From the NCBI RefSeq assembly GCF_054482525.1, contig NZ_CM137006.1: a stretch of 64,000 nucleotides of DNA. One strand, written 5' to 3'. Every line of letters starts with the position of its first letter. The stretch's first letter is position 1. Positions 32,718-44,978 of the stretch are shown here, piece after piece. Both the position numbers and the translations under genes were made by a program. Below the pieces are notes generated by a model. The model ran no database searches. It was not told where the DNA came from and saw only the letters and a program-made list of their open reading frames with translations.

Positions 32718-34373
32718 ATGACTAATCTTCCCCACTGGTGGCAAAACGGCGTTATCTACCAGATTTATCCAAAGAGTTTTCAGGACACCACGGGTAGCGG
32801 CACCGGCGATTTACGTGGCGTTATCCAGCGCCTGGACTATCTGCATAAACTGGGCGTTGATGCCATCTGGCTAACCCCCTTTTATGTCTCTCCCCAGGTT
32901 GATAACGGTTACGACGTAGCGAACTATACGGCGATTGATCCCACCTACGGCACGCTGGACGATTTTGACGAACTGGTGACACAGGCAAAATCGCGCGGGA
33001 TTCGTATCATTCTCGATATGGTGTTTAACCATACCTCTACCCAACATGCCTGGTTTCGCGAGGCGCTGAACAAAGCAAGCCCTTACCGCCAGTTTTATAT
33101 CTGGCGCGATGGAGAACCAGAAACGCCACCGAACAACTGGCGTTCAAAATTCGGTGGTAGTGCGTGGCGCTGGCATGCGGAAAGCGAACAGTACTATTTG
33201 CATCTCTTTGCACCAGAACAGGCGGATCTCAACTGGGAGAATCCAGCGGTACGCGCAGAGCTGAAAAAAGTCTGTGAGTTCTGGGCCGATCGTGGGGTCG
33301 ACGGGTTGCGCCTGGATGTGGTGAATCTGATCTCCAAAGACCCGCGTTTCCCTGATGACCTGGATGGCGACGGGCGTCGCTTCTACACCGACGGGCCACG
33401 AGCACACGAGTTTTTGCACGAGATGAACCGCGATGTGTTTACGCCACGCGGGTTAATGACCGTAGGTGAAATGTCCTCCACCAGCCTTGAGCATTGCCAG
33501 CGATACGCGGCTCTGACAGGCAGTGAATTGTCGATGACCTTTAATTTTCATCACCTGAAGGTCGATTATCCCGGTGGTGAGAAATGGACGCTGGCTAAAC
33601 CTGACTTTGTGGCGTTAAAAACATTGTTCCGCCACTGGCAACAAGGAATGCACAACGTGGCATGGAATGCCTTGTTCTGGTGTAACCACGATCAGCCGCG
33701 CATTGTTTCTCGCTTTGGTGATGAAGGTGAATACCGCGTGCCTGCGGCAAAAATGCTGGCGATGGTGCTGCATGGCATGCAGGGAACGCCATATATCTAC
33801 CAGGGCGAAGAGATTGGCATGACTAACCCACATTTCACGCGCATTACTGACTATCGCGACGTGGAGAGCCTCAATATGTTTGCCGAGCTGCGCAACGATG
33901 GGCGTGATACCGACGAGTTATTGGCAATCCTCGCCAGTAAATCCCGTGACAACAGTCGCACACCCATGCAATGGAGCAACGGCGATAATGCCGGGTTTAC
34001 GGCTGGCGAACCGTGGATTGGCCTGGGCGATAACTATCAGGAAATCAACGTAGAAGCCGCGCTGGCCGATGAGTCCTCGGTGTTTTACACCTACCAAAAG
34101 TTAATCGCACTGCGTAAGCAAGAAGCCGTCCTGACATGGGGCGATTACCAGGATCTGCTGCCAAACAGTCCTGTATTGTGGTGCTATCGCCGTGAATGGA
34201 AGGGGCAAACCTTGTTGGTCATTGCCAACCTTAGCCATGAGATCCAACCCTGGCAGCCAGGGCAAATGCGCGGCAACTGGCAGCTTGTGATGCATAACTA
34301 CGAAGAAGCCTCACCACAACCCTGTGCCATGACTTTACGGCCTTTTGAGGCTGTCTGGTGGTTACAGAAGTAA
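32718..34373 (+). CDS. treC: trehalose-6-phosphate hydrolase
   Basis: Start MTNLPHWWQNGVIYQIYPKSF (551 aa), GH13 family; the ORF-track start 32571 lies inside treB. Confidence 0.94.
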   Translation: MTNLPHWWQNGVIYQIYPKSFQDTTGSGTGDLRGVIQRLDYLHKLGVDAIWLTPFYVSPQVDNGYDVANYTAIDPTYGTLDDFDELVTQAKSRGIRIILDMVFNHTSTQHAWFREALNKASPYRQFYIWRDGEPETPPNNWRSKFGGSAWRWHAESEQYYLHLFAPEQADLNWENPAVRAELKKVCEFWADRGVDGLRLDVVNLISKDPRFPDDLDGDGRRFYTDGPRAHEFLHEMNRDVFTPRGLMTVGEMSSTSLEHCQRYAALTGSELSMTFNFHHLKVDYPGGEKWTLAKPDFVALKTLFRHWQQGMHNVAWNALFWCNHDQPRIVSRFGDEGEYRVPAAKMLAMVLHGMQGTPYIYQGEEIGMTNPHFTRITDYRDVESLNMFAELRNDGRDTDELLAILASKSRDNSRTPMQWSNGDNAGFTAGEPWIGLGDNYQEINVEAALADESSVFYTYQKLIALRKQEAVLTWGDYQDLLPNSPVLWCYRREWKGQTLLVIANLSHEIQPWQPGQMRGNWQLVMHNYEEASPQPCAMTLRPFEAVWWLQK

Positions 34374-34384
34374 ATCTTCGCTAA

Positions 34385-34415
34385 GCCCCGGTAATGCCTG
34401 TCATTCCGGGCTTTT
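34385..34415 (+). terminator. putative treC terminator
   Basis: Hairpin gccccgg ... ccgggc followed by TTTTG. Confidence 0.45.
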
Positions 34416-34766
34416 GCCTGTCAGTATGTTGTTTTTGTTGATTTTATAATCAAAAAATTCATTAAAAAATTTACATATCGTTGTAGCGCCCGTCATCCGT
34501 ACGCTCTGCTTTTTACTTTGAGCTACATCAAAAAAAGTTCAAACATCCTTGATGCAAAGCACTATATATAGACTTTAAAATGCGTCCCAACCCAATATGT
34601 TGTATTAATCGACTATAATTGCTACTACAGCTCCCCACGAAAAAGGTGCGGCGTTGTGGATAAGCGGATGGCGATTGCGGAAAGCACCGGAAAACGAAAC
34701 AAAAAAACCGGAAAACGCCTTTCCCAATTTCTGTGGATAACCTGTTCTTAAAAATATGGAGCGATC

Positions 34767-36905
34767 ATGACACCGCATGTGATGAAACGAGACGGCTGCA
34801 AAGTGCCGTTTAAATCAGAGCGCATCAAAGAAGCGATTCTGCGTGCAGCTAAAGCAGCGGAAGTCGATGATGCCGATTATTGCGCCACTGTTGCTGCGGT
34901 TGTCAGCGAGCAGATGCAGGGCCGCAACCAGGTGGATATCAATGAGATCCAGACCGCAGTTGAAAACCAGCTGATGTCGGGTCCATACAAACAACTGGCT
35001 CGTGCTTACATCGAGTACCGTCACGATCGCGACATTGAACGTGAAAAACGCGGTCGCCTGAACCAGGAGATCCGTGGTCTGGTCGAGCAGACCAACTCCT
35101 CGTTACTCAACGAAAACGCCAACAAAGACAGCAAGGTGATTCCAACCCAGCGCGATCTGCTGGCCGGGATCGTGGCTAAACACTATGCACGCCAGCACCT
35201 GCTGCCGCGTGACGTGGTGCAGGCACATGAACGTGGTGATATTCACTATCACGATCTCGATTACTCGCCGTTCTTCCCGATGTTCAACTGCATGTTGATC
35301 GACCTGAAAGGCATGCTGACCCAGGGCTTTAAAATGGGGAACGCCGAGATTGAACCGCCGAAGTCGATCTCTACGGCAACCGCTGTAACTGCGCAGATTA
35401 TTGCTCAGGTCGCCAGCCATATTTATGGCGGCACCACCATTAACCGTATCGATGAAGTGCTGGCACCGTTTGTCACCGCCAGCTACAACAAACATCGCAA
35501 GACCGCAGAAGAGTGGAACATCCCGGACGCCGAAGGCTACGCTAACTCTCGTACCATCAAAGAGTGCTACGATGCCTTCCAGTCGCTGGAGTACGAAGTA
35601 AACACCCTGCACACCGCCAACGGTCAAACACCGTTTGTGACCTTTGGTTTTGGTCTGGGCACCAGCTGGGAATCGCGCCTGATTCAGGAATCTATCCTGC
35701 GTAATCGTATCGCAGGCCTCGGTAAAAACCGTAAAACTGCGGTGTTCCCGAAACTGGTGTTTGCGATTCGCGATGGCCTGAACCATAAAAAAGGCGATCC
35801 GAACTACGACATCAAACAGCTGGCGCTGGAGTGCGCAAGCAAGCGCATGTATCCGGATATCCTGAACTACGATCAGGTAGTGAAAGTCACCGGTTCGTTT
35901 AAAACCCCGATGGGCTGCCGCAGCTTCCTCGGCGTGTGGGAAAATGAAAACGGCGAGCAGATCCACGATGGTCGTAACAACCTCGGCGTGATCAGCCTGA
36001 ACCTGCCGCGTATTGCTCTGGAGGCAAAAGGCGATGAAGCCACCTTCTGGAAGCTGCTGGATGAACGTCTGGTGCTGGCACGTAAGGCGCTGATGACCCG
36101 TATCGCTCGTCTCGAAGGCGTGAAAGCGCGCGTGGCCCCGATCCTCTATATGGAAGGTGCTTGTGGCGTGCGTCTCAATGCTGACGATGATGTTTCTGAA
36201 ATCTTCAAAAACGGTCGTGCGTCTATTTCGCTGGGTTACATCGGCATCCACGAAACCATTAACGCGCTGTTCGGCGGCGAGCATGTTTACGACAACGAGC
36301 AGCTTCGCGCGAAAGGTATCGCGATTGTTGAACGTCTGCGTCAGGCGGTGGATCAGTGGAAAGAAGAAACGGGTTATGGTTTCAGTCTCTACAGCACGCC
36401 AAGTGAAAACCTGTGCGACCGCTTCTGCCGTCTCGATACCGCTGAGTTTGGCGTGGTGCCGGGCGTGACCGATAAAGGTTACTACACCAACAGTTTCCAC
36501 CTTGATGTGGAGAAAAAGGTGAACCCGTATGACAAGATCGACTTTGAAGCGCCTTACCCGCCGCTGGCGAACGGTGGTTTCATTTGCTACGGCGAGTATC
36601 CAAACATTCAGCACAACCTGAAGGCGCTGGAAGATGTCTGGGATTACAGCTATCAGCATGTACCGTATTACGGCACCAATACGCCGATCGATGAGTGCTA
36701 CGAGTGTGGCTTTACCGGTGAGTTCGAGTGCACTAGTAAAGGCTTCACTTGCCCGAAATGTGGTAACCATGACGCCTCCCGTGTGTCGGTGACTCGCCGC
36801 GTGTGCGGATATTTAGGTAGCCCGGATGCACGTCCGTTTAACGCTGGTAAGCAGGAAGAAGTTAAGCGCCGCGTTAAACATTTGGGAAATGGGCAGATCG
36901 GTTAA
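34767..36905 (+). CDS. nrdD: anaerobic ribonucleoside-triphosphate reductase
   Basis: 712 aa; C-terminal glycyl-radical motif and zinc-ribbon cysteines. Confidence 0.97.
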   Translation: MTPHVMKRDGCKVPFKSERIKEAILRAAKAAEVDDADYCATVAAVVSEQMQGRNQVDINEIQTAVENQLMSGPYKQLARAYIEYRHDRDIEREKRGRLNQEIRGLVEQTNSSLLNENANKDSKVIPTQRDLLAGIVAKHYARQHLLPRDVVQAHERGDIHYHDLDYSPFFPMFNCMLIDLKGMLTQGFKMGNAEIEPPKSISTATAVTAQIIAQVASHIYGGTTINRIDEVLAPFVTASYNKHRKTAEEWNIPDAEGYANSRTIKECYDAFQSLEYEVNTLHTANGQTPFVTFGFGLGTSWESRLIQESILRNRIAGLGKNRKTAVFPKLVFAIRDGLNHKKGDPNYDIKQLALECASKRMYPDILNYDQVVKVTGSFKTPMGCRSFLGVWENENGEQIHDGRNNLGVISLNLPRIALEAKGDEATFWKLLDERLVLARKALMTRIARLEGVKARVAPILYMEGACGVRLNADDDVSEIFKNGRASISLGYIGIHETINALFGGEHVYDNEQLRAKGIAIVERLRQAVDQWKEETGYGFSLYSTPSENLCDRFCRLDTAEFGVVPGVTDKGYYTNSFHLDVEKKVNPYDKIDFEAPYPPLANGGFICYGEYPNIQHNLKALEDVWDYSYQHVPYYGTNTPIDECYECGFTGEFECTSKGFTCPKCGNHDASRVSVTRRVCGYLGSPDARPFNAGKQEEVKRRVKHLGNGQIG

Positions 36906-36926
36906 TCTTCACTCTGCGCTAAGCAA

Positions 36927-37055
<129 letters not shown>

Positions 37056-37062
37056 CGAAATA

Positions 37063-37527
37063 ATGAATTATCATCAGTACTATCCTGTCGACATCGTCAA
37101 CGGCCCCGGCACTCGCTGCACCCTGTTTGTCTCCGGGTGTGTTCATGAATGCCCCGGTTGCTATAACAAAAGCACCTGGCGGGTAAATTCCGGTCAGCCA
37201 TTTACCAAAGCAATGGAAGACCAGATCATTAACGATCTGAATGACACTCGCATCAAACGCCAGGGGATTTCCCTCTCCGGCGGCGATCCGCTGCATCCGC
37301 AAAACGTGCCGGATATTCTGAAACTGGTACAACGCATCCGCGCCGAATGTCCGGGTAAAGACATTTGGGTGTGGACAGGCTATAAACTCGACGAACTCAA
37401 CGCTGCGCAAATGCAGGTTGTTGATTTGATTAACGTACTGGTCGACGGCAAATTTGTGCAGGATTTAAAAGACCCTTCCCTGATCTGGCGCGGCAGCAGC
37501 AATCAGGTGGTGCATCATTTGCGTTAG
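37063..37527 (+). CDS. nrdG: anaerobic ribonucleotide reductase activating protein (radical SAM)
   Basis: 154 aa; radical-SAM cysteine motif CVHECPGC. Confidence 0.95.
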   Translation: MNYHQYYPVDIVNGPGTRCTLFVSGCVHECPGCYNKSTWRVNSGQPFTKAMEDQIINDLNDTRIKRQGISLSGGDPLHPQNVPDILKLVQRIRAECPGKDIWVWTGYKLDELNAAQMQVVDLINVLVDGKFVQDLKDPSLIWRGSSNQVVHHLR

Positions 37528-37818
37528 TCACTCATCCAGCCGTTTAGTCGCGTCTTCATAAACGGCTGAGTTCTCTCTCTTACCAATAGCTATCACCAAC
37601 ACGAGCAACTCTTTATCGTTAACCTGATAAACCAGGCGATATCCCTGTGTGCGCAGCTTAATTTTGTAGCAGTCCGGTAAATCCCGCAGTTTAGCCGATG
37701 GATTGCGCGGCCTTTTCAGCACATCCTCAAGCTTTTTTTTAAATTGTTCCCGGACTGTCACGCCCAGTTTTTGCCACTCTTTCAGCGCCCGCGGATCAAA
37801 CGCCAGCTCATAGTTCAT
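37528..37818 (-). CDS. RelE/StbE-family type II toxin (mRNA interferase)
   Basis: 96 aa from MNYELAFDPRALKEWQKLG...; closely resembles K-12 RelE (MAYFLDFDERALKEWRKLG...DCYKIKLRSSGYRLVYQV...). The ORF-track entry 37528..37896 over-extends the N-terminus. Confidence 0.8.
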   Translation of the reverse strand: MNYELAFDPRALKEWQKLGVTVREQFKKKLEDVLKRPRNPSAKLRDLPDCYKIKLRTQGYRLVYQVNDKELLVLVIAIGKRENSAVYEDATKRLDE

Positions 37819-38050
37819 CCAGTCGGACCTTAATGGCCTCTTGTGGGTTGGCCAGTCGTTCCCTGACAGTGCGTAACAAGGCTTCTTCACTATCACTGAC
37901 AGTGAGCGTTTTTACCGGCATTCGTCCATTTTCCGCAACGTACTGAAACAGCAGTCGCACTGCTTCAGTAGGCGTGATATTTAATTTTTCCAGCACCGCA
38001 TAAGCCTCATTTTTCAGTTTGTCATCCAGGCGGACGTTAAGTGTGGCCAT
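37808..38050 (-). CDS. RelB/DinJ-family antitoxin
   Basis: 80 aa MATLNVRLDDKLKNEAYAVLEKL... resembling RelB; overlaps the toxin start by 11 nt; GGAGGC RBS upstream. Confidence 0.8.
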   Translation of the reverse strand: MATLNVRLDDKLKNEAYAVLEKLNITPTEAVRLLFQYVAENGRMPVKTLTVSDSEEALLRTVRERLANPQEAIKVRLDEL

Positions 38051-38072
38051 TATGCCTCCGGTAATTATGAAA

Positions 38073-38110
38073 AGTGTAATGCATTATAGCATTACATATG
38101 CATTACATTC
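38073..38110. promoter_or_regulatory. candidate autoregulatory operator of the relBE-like cassette
   Basis: Repeated palindromic motif tgtaatgcattat / agcattacatatgcattacat 25-60 nt upstream of the antitoxin start. Confidence 0.45.
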
Positions 38111-38208
38111 ATTTCTGGAAAACGCCTCGCAAAAATGAGGACGACACGCAGGAATATGCCGTGGTGAAGATAGATATTGCGGTGATTTTACGAAGGGAGA
38201 AGAAAGCG

Positions 38209-38234
38209 TTGGGCGGTAACGTTTCACCGCCCAA
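38209..38234 (-). terminator. putative cybC terminator hairpin
   Basis: ttgggcggt-aacgtttc-accgcccaa just downstream of the cybC stop. Confidence 0.4.
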
Positions 38235-38241
38235 TAAGGAA

Positions 38242-38631
<390 letters not shown>

Positions 38632-38810
38632 TCACTTCCTTTTTTATTTACACTTCATCCTTCACACTGCCTCATCGACGGCTACGCTCATTCGCCCGAG
38701 TCACGTACTGCGAGTACGCTCCCCGGCCCTCATTCACTTTCCGTCTCGATGCAGTGCGAATGATTTTGTGTAATTTTTTAGTTTATAGCGCGGCAGGTCG
38801 CGCCAGTTTT

Positions 38811-40163
38811 TTACTGCCCGGCGATTTTCATCTCCGGCAACAGCACAGAACCACACTGTATATTACTGCGTGTTTCAATATCGTTACCGACGGTGACAAT
38901 ATTGCGCCACATATCTTTTAAATTACCTGCGATGGTGATTTCACTAACCGGATACTGAATTTCGCCATTCTCTACCCAGAAGCCCGCTGCACCACGGGAA
39001 TAATCACCGGTAATGGCACTCACGCCCTGGCCCATCAGCTCCGTCACCACCAGCCCGGTACCCATCTCTTTGAGCATTTGTTCGAAGCTTAGCCCTTGTC
39101 CGGCAATCCGCCAGTTGTGAATACCGCCTGCGTGTCCAGTGCTTTTCAGCCCCAGTTTCCGCGCCGAGTAGCTGGTCAGCAGCCACTGAGTCAGAATGCC
39201 ATCTTTAATAATATCGCGACGCTCGGTGCGCACACCTTCGCTGTCGAATGGCGTAGAGGCCAGCCCTTTCAGCAGATGCGGATGCTCTTCAATGGTCAGC
39301 CAGTCCGGCAGAATTTGTTTACCCAGCGAATCCAGCAGGAAGGTAGATTTACGGTAAACCGATCCACCCGCTATCGCCCCCACCAGATGCCCAAAAAGCC
39401 CGGTTGCCACTTCATTGGCAAAAATGACCGGCGCTTTCATGGTGGAGAGTTTACGCGGTGACAGGCGCGATAAAGTACGGCGAGCACAGTCGGCCCCAAC
39501 CCACTCTGGCGTTTGCAGATCGCTCATCGCACGACCAATGGTGTAGGCGTAATCACGCTCCATATCGCCATTTTCTTCAGCAATTACACAGCTGGAGAGC
39601 GAATGACGCGTAGAGCAGTAACCCTGCAACATGCCGTGGCTGTTGCCGAAAACTTTGACACCGTAGTGGCTGTTAAAGCTGCCGCCTTCGGTATTGGTGA
39701 TGCGTTTGTCCGCCTGCAATGCCGCCTGTTCTGCGCGGGCCGCCAGTTCAATGGCTTCATCCGGGGAAACTTCCGCAGGGTGGAACAAGTCGAGATCCGG
39801 TGCGTCAAAGGCCAGCAGCTCTTTGTCTGCCACGCCGGCACAGGGATCTGGCGAGGTATAACGGGCAATATCCAGTGCCGCCTGTACGGTGCGGGCAATG
39901 GCCTGCGGGCTTAAATCGGTAGACGATGCGCTACCTTTGCGGTTCTGGTGATAAACAGTGATCCCCAACGCGCCATCGCTATTGAATTCAACATTCTCCA
40001 CTTCACCATAACGCGTGCTTACGCTAATGCCGGTGGTCTTGCTGACGGCAACTTCCGCACCGTCCGATTTGCCTGAGGCCAACTCCAGCGCAGTGGAAAC
40101 TGCTTCTTCCAGAATCTTGCGCTGCGCTTCAACTTGAGAGATTACTTTCATTGCAAGTGCCAT
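38811..40163 (-). CDS. pmbA: metalloprotease TldE (PmbA), microcin B17 maturation / CcdA degradation
   Basis: 450 aa; matches PmbA/TldE. Confidence 0.94.
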
Positions 40164-40256
40164 AATGTAGAGAGTTTCTCTGAAGTCTAACAGAGAACCG
40201 TTTTTCAGTGCGCATCTTAACTGGTAACATTAGCCTCTTTTTTTAAGGAGCCTGAG

Positions 40257-40808
40257 ATGACTAAGCAGCCCGAAGACTGGCTCGACGACGTTCCCGGTGA
40301 TGACATCGAAGACGAAGGCGATGAAATTATCTGGGTCAGTAAAAGTGAAATTAAACGCGATGCCGAAGAGCTAAAACGCCTTGGCGCGGAAATTGTTGAT
40401 CTGGGGAAAAACGCGCTGGATAAGATCCCGTTAGATGCGGATCTGCGCGCGGCTATTGAGCTCGCCCAGCGTATTAAGATGGAAGGTCGCCGCCGCCAGT
40501 TGCAGCTCATCGGTAAGATGCTGCGCCAGCGCGATGTTGAACCGATCCGTCAGGCGCTGGATAAGCTGAAAAACCGTCACAACCAGCAGGTGGTACTGTT
40601 CCATAAACTGGAAAACCTGCGCGATCGTCTGATCGACCAGGGTGATGACGCCATCGCTGAAGTATTAAATCTGTGGCCCGATGCCGATCGTCAGCAACTG
40701 CGAACTCTGATCCGCAACGCGAAGAAAGAGAAAGAAGGGAATAAGCCGCCGAAATCCGCACGCCAGATTTTCCAGTATCTGCGCGAGTTAGCGGAGAACG
40801 AAGGGTAA
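40257..40808 (+). CDS. yjgA: ribosome-associated protein DarP (YjgA, DUF615)
   Basis: 183 aa; matches YjgA. Confidence 0.9.
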   Translation: MTKQPEDWLDDVPGDDIEDEGDEIIWVSKSEIKRDAEELKRLGAEIVDLGKNALDKIPLDADLRAAIELAQRIKMEGRRRQLQLIGKMLRQRDVEPIRQALDKLKNRHNQQVVLFHKLENLRDRLIDQGDDAIAEVLNLWPDADRQQLRTLIRNAKKEKEGNKPPKSARQIFQYLRELAENEG

Positions 40809-40834
40809 TTTTCGTTGTTGATGTGAGTATGGTT

Positions 40835-41630
<796 letters not shown>

Positions 41631-41734
41631 ATCAGCATACTTGTCCTTAGCCTTCTGCAGTGACAGCTGGTAGTACAGCGTGCTTCTGGCCAGCCCTGCA
41701 GCCTTTAACAGGTCAGACTGGCAGTGTCCGCACC

Positions 41735-42265
41735 TCAGGCTCCGGATGACTTTCGTTTTTTCTCCAGCTCCTGGCGCTTTTTTTCCAGGAGATGCTCCTG
41801 CATGGCTTTCAGATATGCATTTTCTGCGCGAAGATAACGCAGCTCATTCTTCATCTCTTCCGGCGTCATGTTTGCCTCGTTTTCATGGGTATCATCAGAA
41901 CGGGTCATGCTTTTCTCCTTCCTGCGCCTGATAAAGGCCTCATTACCAGATTTGCGGTAGCCTTTTATCCAGTTTTTAACCGTGTTGTGGCTGGGAATGT
42001 TAAACCGGGCAGCTACCCGGGGTAGAGACTCAGAATGCCCGAGAGCATAAAGAACCACGCAAAGTTTATCTTCAGGAGAATAGCTACGCTTGTGTCTGCA
42101 ATCCAGTGCCCGAGGACCGTGAAGAAGAAAAAGATTAATCCAGTGTGAGAGGCTGGTGTGAGAAAGTTGAAAGAGTTTTGCCGTAGAAATGATGCCTGCA
42201 TGACCAGCCAGGTAGTGATTTACAGCGGCAAGTTTTACTTCAAATGAATGTTTCATAAACTGCAC
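41735..42265 (-). CDS. IS3-family transposase OrfA (HTH DNA-binding protein)
   Basis: 176 aa with HTH and C-terminal leucine-zipper-like region (LRYLRAENAYLKAMQEHLLEKKRQELEKKRK). Confidence 0.8.
   Translation of the reverse strand: MQFMKHSFEVKLAAVNHYLAGHAGIISTAKLFQLSHTSLSHWINLFLLHGPRALDCRHKRSYSPEDKLCVVLYALGHSESLPRVAARFNIPSHNTVKNWIKGYRKSGNEAFIRRRKEKSMTRSDDTHENEANMTPEEMKNELRYLRAENAYLKAMQEHLLEKKRQELEKKRKSSGA
41777..41785 (-). other. programmed -1 ribosomal frameshift site (A AAA AAG) joining OrfA to OrfB
   Basis: Minus-strand gaaaaaaag heptad near the orfA C-terminus; orfB frame is -1 relative to orfA. Confidence 0.55.
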
Positions 42266-42307
42266 CTTCAGATGTCAGATTATGTCCAACATTTGGGGTG
42301 CAGTTCA

Positions 42308-42375
42308 TCAAGCGTCGCATCAGGCACTATGCTCAAATGCCGGATGCGGCGTAAACGCTTTATCCGGCATACACA
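42308..42375. repeat. REP palindromic units, right half of interrupted unit plus adjacent REP
   Basis: tcaagcgtcgcatcaggc ... atgccggatgcggcgtaaacgctttatccggcatac. Confidence 0.7.
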
Positions 42376-42394
42376 CACATGCAAGGCTTCAGAA

Positions 42395-43768
42395 TTACTG
42401 CGCGGCTTCCGCTTTCTTCGCCAGTCCATCCAGCAGTTTCTGATGGATCCCACCAAAACCGCCATTGCTCATCACCAGAATATGGTCGCCAGGCTGAGCG
42501 GTTTTCACCACCATATCTGCCAGCGTATCCACATCGCCGCTCCAGTGTGCAGGCTGAACGCAGGCTTCTGCCACTTCTGCCACCTGCCACGGAATATGCG
42601 CCGGTTGCAGCAGGAAGACTTCATCGGCACGACCTAATGAAGGTGCCAGATCGTCTTTGCAGATCCCCATTTTCATGGTATTCGAGCGCGGTTCCAGCAC
42701 AGCAATAATGCGCGCCGTACCACCAACTTTGCCACGCAGCGCCGCCAGCGTTGCCAGAATCGCCGTCGGGTGATGGGCAAAATCGTCATATACCGTGACG
42801 CCATTCGCTTCACCACGCAACTCCAGACGGCGACGAGCATTAATAAACGAACCCAGCGCGTTAGCGGCATCTGCCGGCGCTACACCAACATGGCGAGCCG
42901 CCGCAATCGCCATCAGGCCATTGTGCATATTATGTTCGCCTACCAGCGACCATTTCACTTCACCCACTTTTTCGCCATCCAGCAAGACTTCCCATTCAGA
43001 AGCGTCAGTGGTCAGCTTTTTCGCCTGCCAGTGACCTTGCTCGCCCACCAGCTCCTGCTCGCTCCAACAGCCCATCGCCATGGTCTGTTTCAGGTTGATG
43101 TCGTTTTCCGGCCAGATAATACGGCCCTGCCCCGGAACGATACGCACCAGATGGTGGAACTGTTTCTGGATCGCTTTCAGGTCGTCAAAGATATCGGCGT
43201 GATCGAACTCAAGGTTGTTGAGGATCAGCGTACGCGGGCAGTAATGGACAAATTTAGAGCGTTTGTCGAAGAAGGCGCAGTCGTACTCATCCGCTTCGAT
43301 AACAAAGAAGTCGCTTTCGCCCAGACGCGCCGAGACCTCAAAGTTCCCCGGCACACCGCCGATCACAAATCCTGGTTTGTAACCGCACTGTTCCAGAATC
43401 CAGGTCGCCATTCCCGCTGTAGTCGTTTTACCGTGTGTACCGGCGACGGCCAGCACCCAACGGTCACGCAGCACAAAATCGTGCAGCCACTGCGGACCTG
43501 ACATATAAGGGATGTTTTTTTCCAGTACCGCTTCCACACACGGATTTCCACGGGTCATGGCGTTGCCAATAATCACCAGATCCGGCTGCGGTTCGAGCTG
43601 GCTGGCATCGTAACCCTGAATCAGTTCAATGCCTTGCTTCTCAAGTAAGGTGCTCATCGGCGGATACACATTGGCGTCCGAACCCGTTACTTCATGGCCT
43701 AACTGGCGCGCCAGCATCGCCAGACCGCCCATAAACGTGCCACAAATTCCTAAAATATGAATGCGCAT
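42395..43768 (-). CDS. mpl: UDP-N-acetylmuramate:L-alanyl-gamma-D-glutamyl-meso-diaminopimelate ligase
   Basis: 457 aa; Mur ligase ATP-binding motif GTHGKTTT. Confidence 0.95.
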
Positions 43769-43943
43769 ACGTCACTATCCTTTTTTAATCTGCCGCTCAT
43801 TTTACGCATATGTCGGGCAAGTGAGAAACGCATTTCAGGATAATCCGCAATTTGCTGGCGCGATTCACCTGAGCGCAACATTGAGATTATTTGTTAAGAT
43901 TGTTGCGGTCGCTTTACTCCATAAACATTGCAGGGAAAGTTTT

Positions 43944-44942
43944 ATGAAAACGTTAGGTGAATTTATTGTCGAAAAGCAGCACGAGTTTTCTCATGCTACC
44001 GGTGAGCTCACTGCTTTGCTGTCGGCAATAAAACTGGGCGCCAAGATTATCCATCGCGATATCAACAAAGCAGGACTGGTTGATATCCTGGGTGCCAGCG
44101 GTGCTGAGAACGTGCAGGGCGAGGTTCAGCAGAAACTCGACTTGTTCGCTAATGAAAAACTGAAAGCCGCACTGAAAGCACGCGATATCGTTGCGGGCAT
44201 TGCCTCTGAAGAAGAAGATGAGATTGTCGTCTTTGAAGGCTGTGAACACGCAAAATACGTGGTGCTGATGGACCCCCTGGATGGCTCGTCCAACATCGAT
44301 GTTAACGTCTCTGTCGGTACCATTTTCTCCATCTACCGCCGCGTTACGCCTGTTGGCACGCCGGTAACGGAAGAAGATTTCCTCCAGCCTGGTAACAAAC
44401 AGGTTGCGGCAGGTTACGTGGTATACGGCTCCTCTACCATGCTGGTTTACACCACCGGATGCGGTGTTCACGCCTTTACTTACGATCCTTCGCTCGGCGT
44501 TTTCTGCCTGTGCCAGGAACGGATGCGCTTCCCGGAGAAAGGTAAAACCTACTCCATCAACGAAGGAAACTACATTAAGTTTCCGAACGGGGTGAAGAAG
44601 TACATTAAATTCTGCCAGGAAGAAGATAAATCCACCAATCGCCCGTATACCTCGCGTTATATCGGTTCACTGGTTGCGGATTTCCACCGTAACCTGCTGA
44701 AAGGCGGTATTTATCTCTACCCAAGCACCGCCAGCCACCCGGACGGCAAACTGCGTTTGCTGTATGAGTGCAACCCGATGGCATTCCTGGCGGAACAAGC
44801 GGGCGGTAAAGCGAGCGATGGCAAAGAGCGTATTCTGGATATCATCCCGGAAACCCTGCACCAGCGCCGTTCATTCTTTGTCGGCAACGACCATATGGTT
44901 GAAGATGTCGAACGCTTTATCCGTGAGTTCCCGGACGCGTAA
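43944..44942 (+). CDS. fbp: fructose-1,6-bisphosphatase class I
   Basis: Start [15 protein letters not shown] (332 aa) inside ORF 43761..44942, which would otherwise overlap mpl. Confidence 0.95.
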
Positions 44943-44949
44943 TCTCCTG

Positions 44950-44978
44950 CGCCTCTCCACACGGAGAGGCGTTTTTAT
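44950..44978. terminator. bidirectional terminator between convergent fbp and yjfF
   Basis: Hairpin cgcctctcc-acac-ggagaggcg followed by TTTTTAT. Confidence 0.7.
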
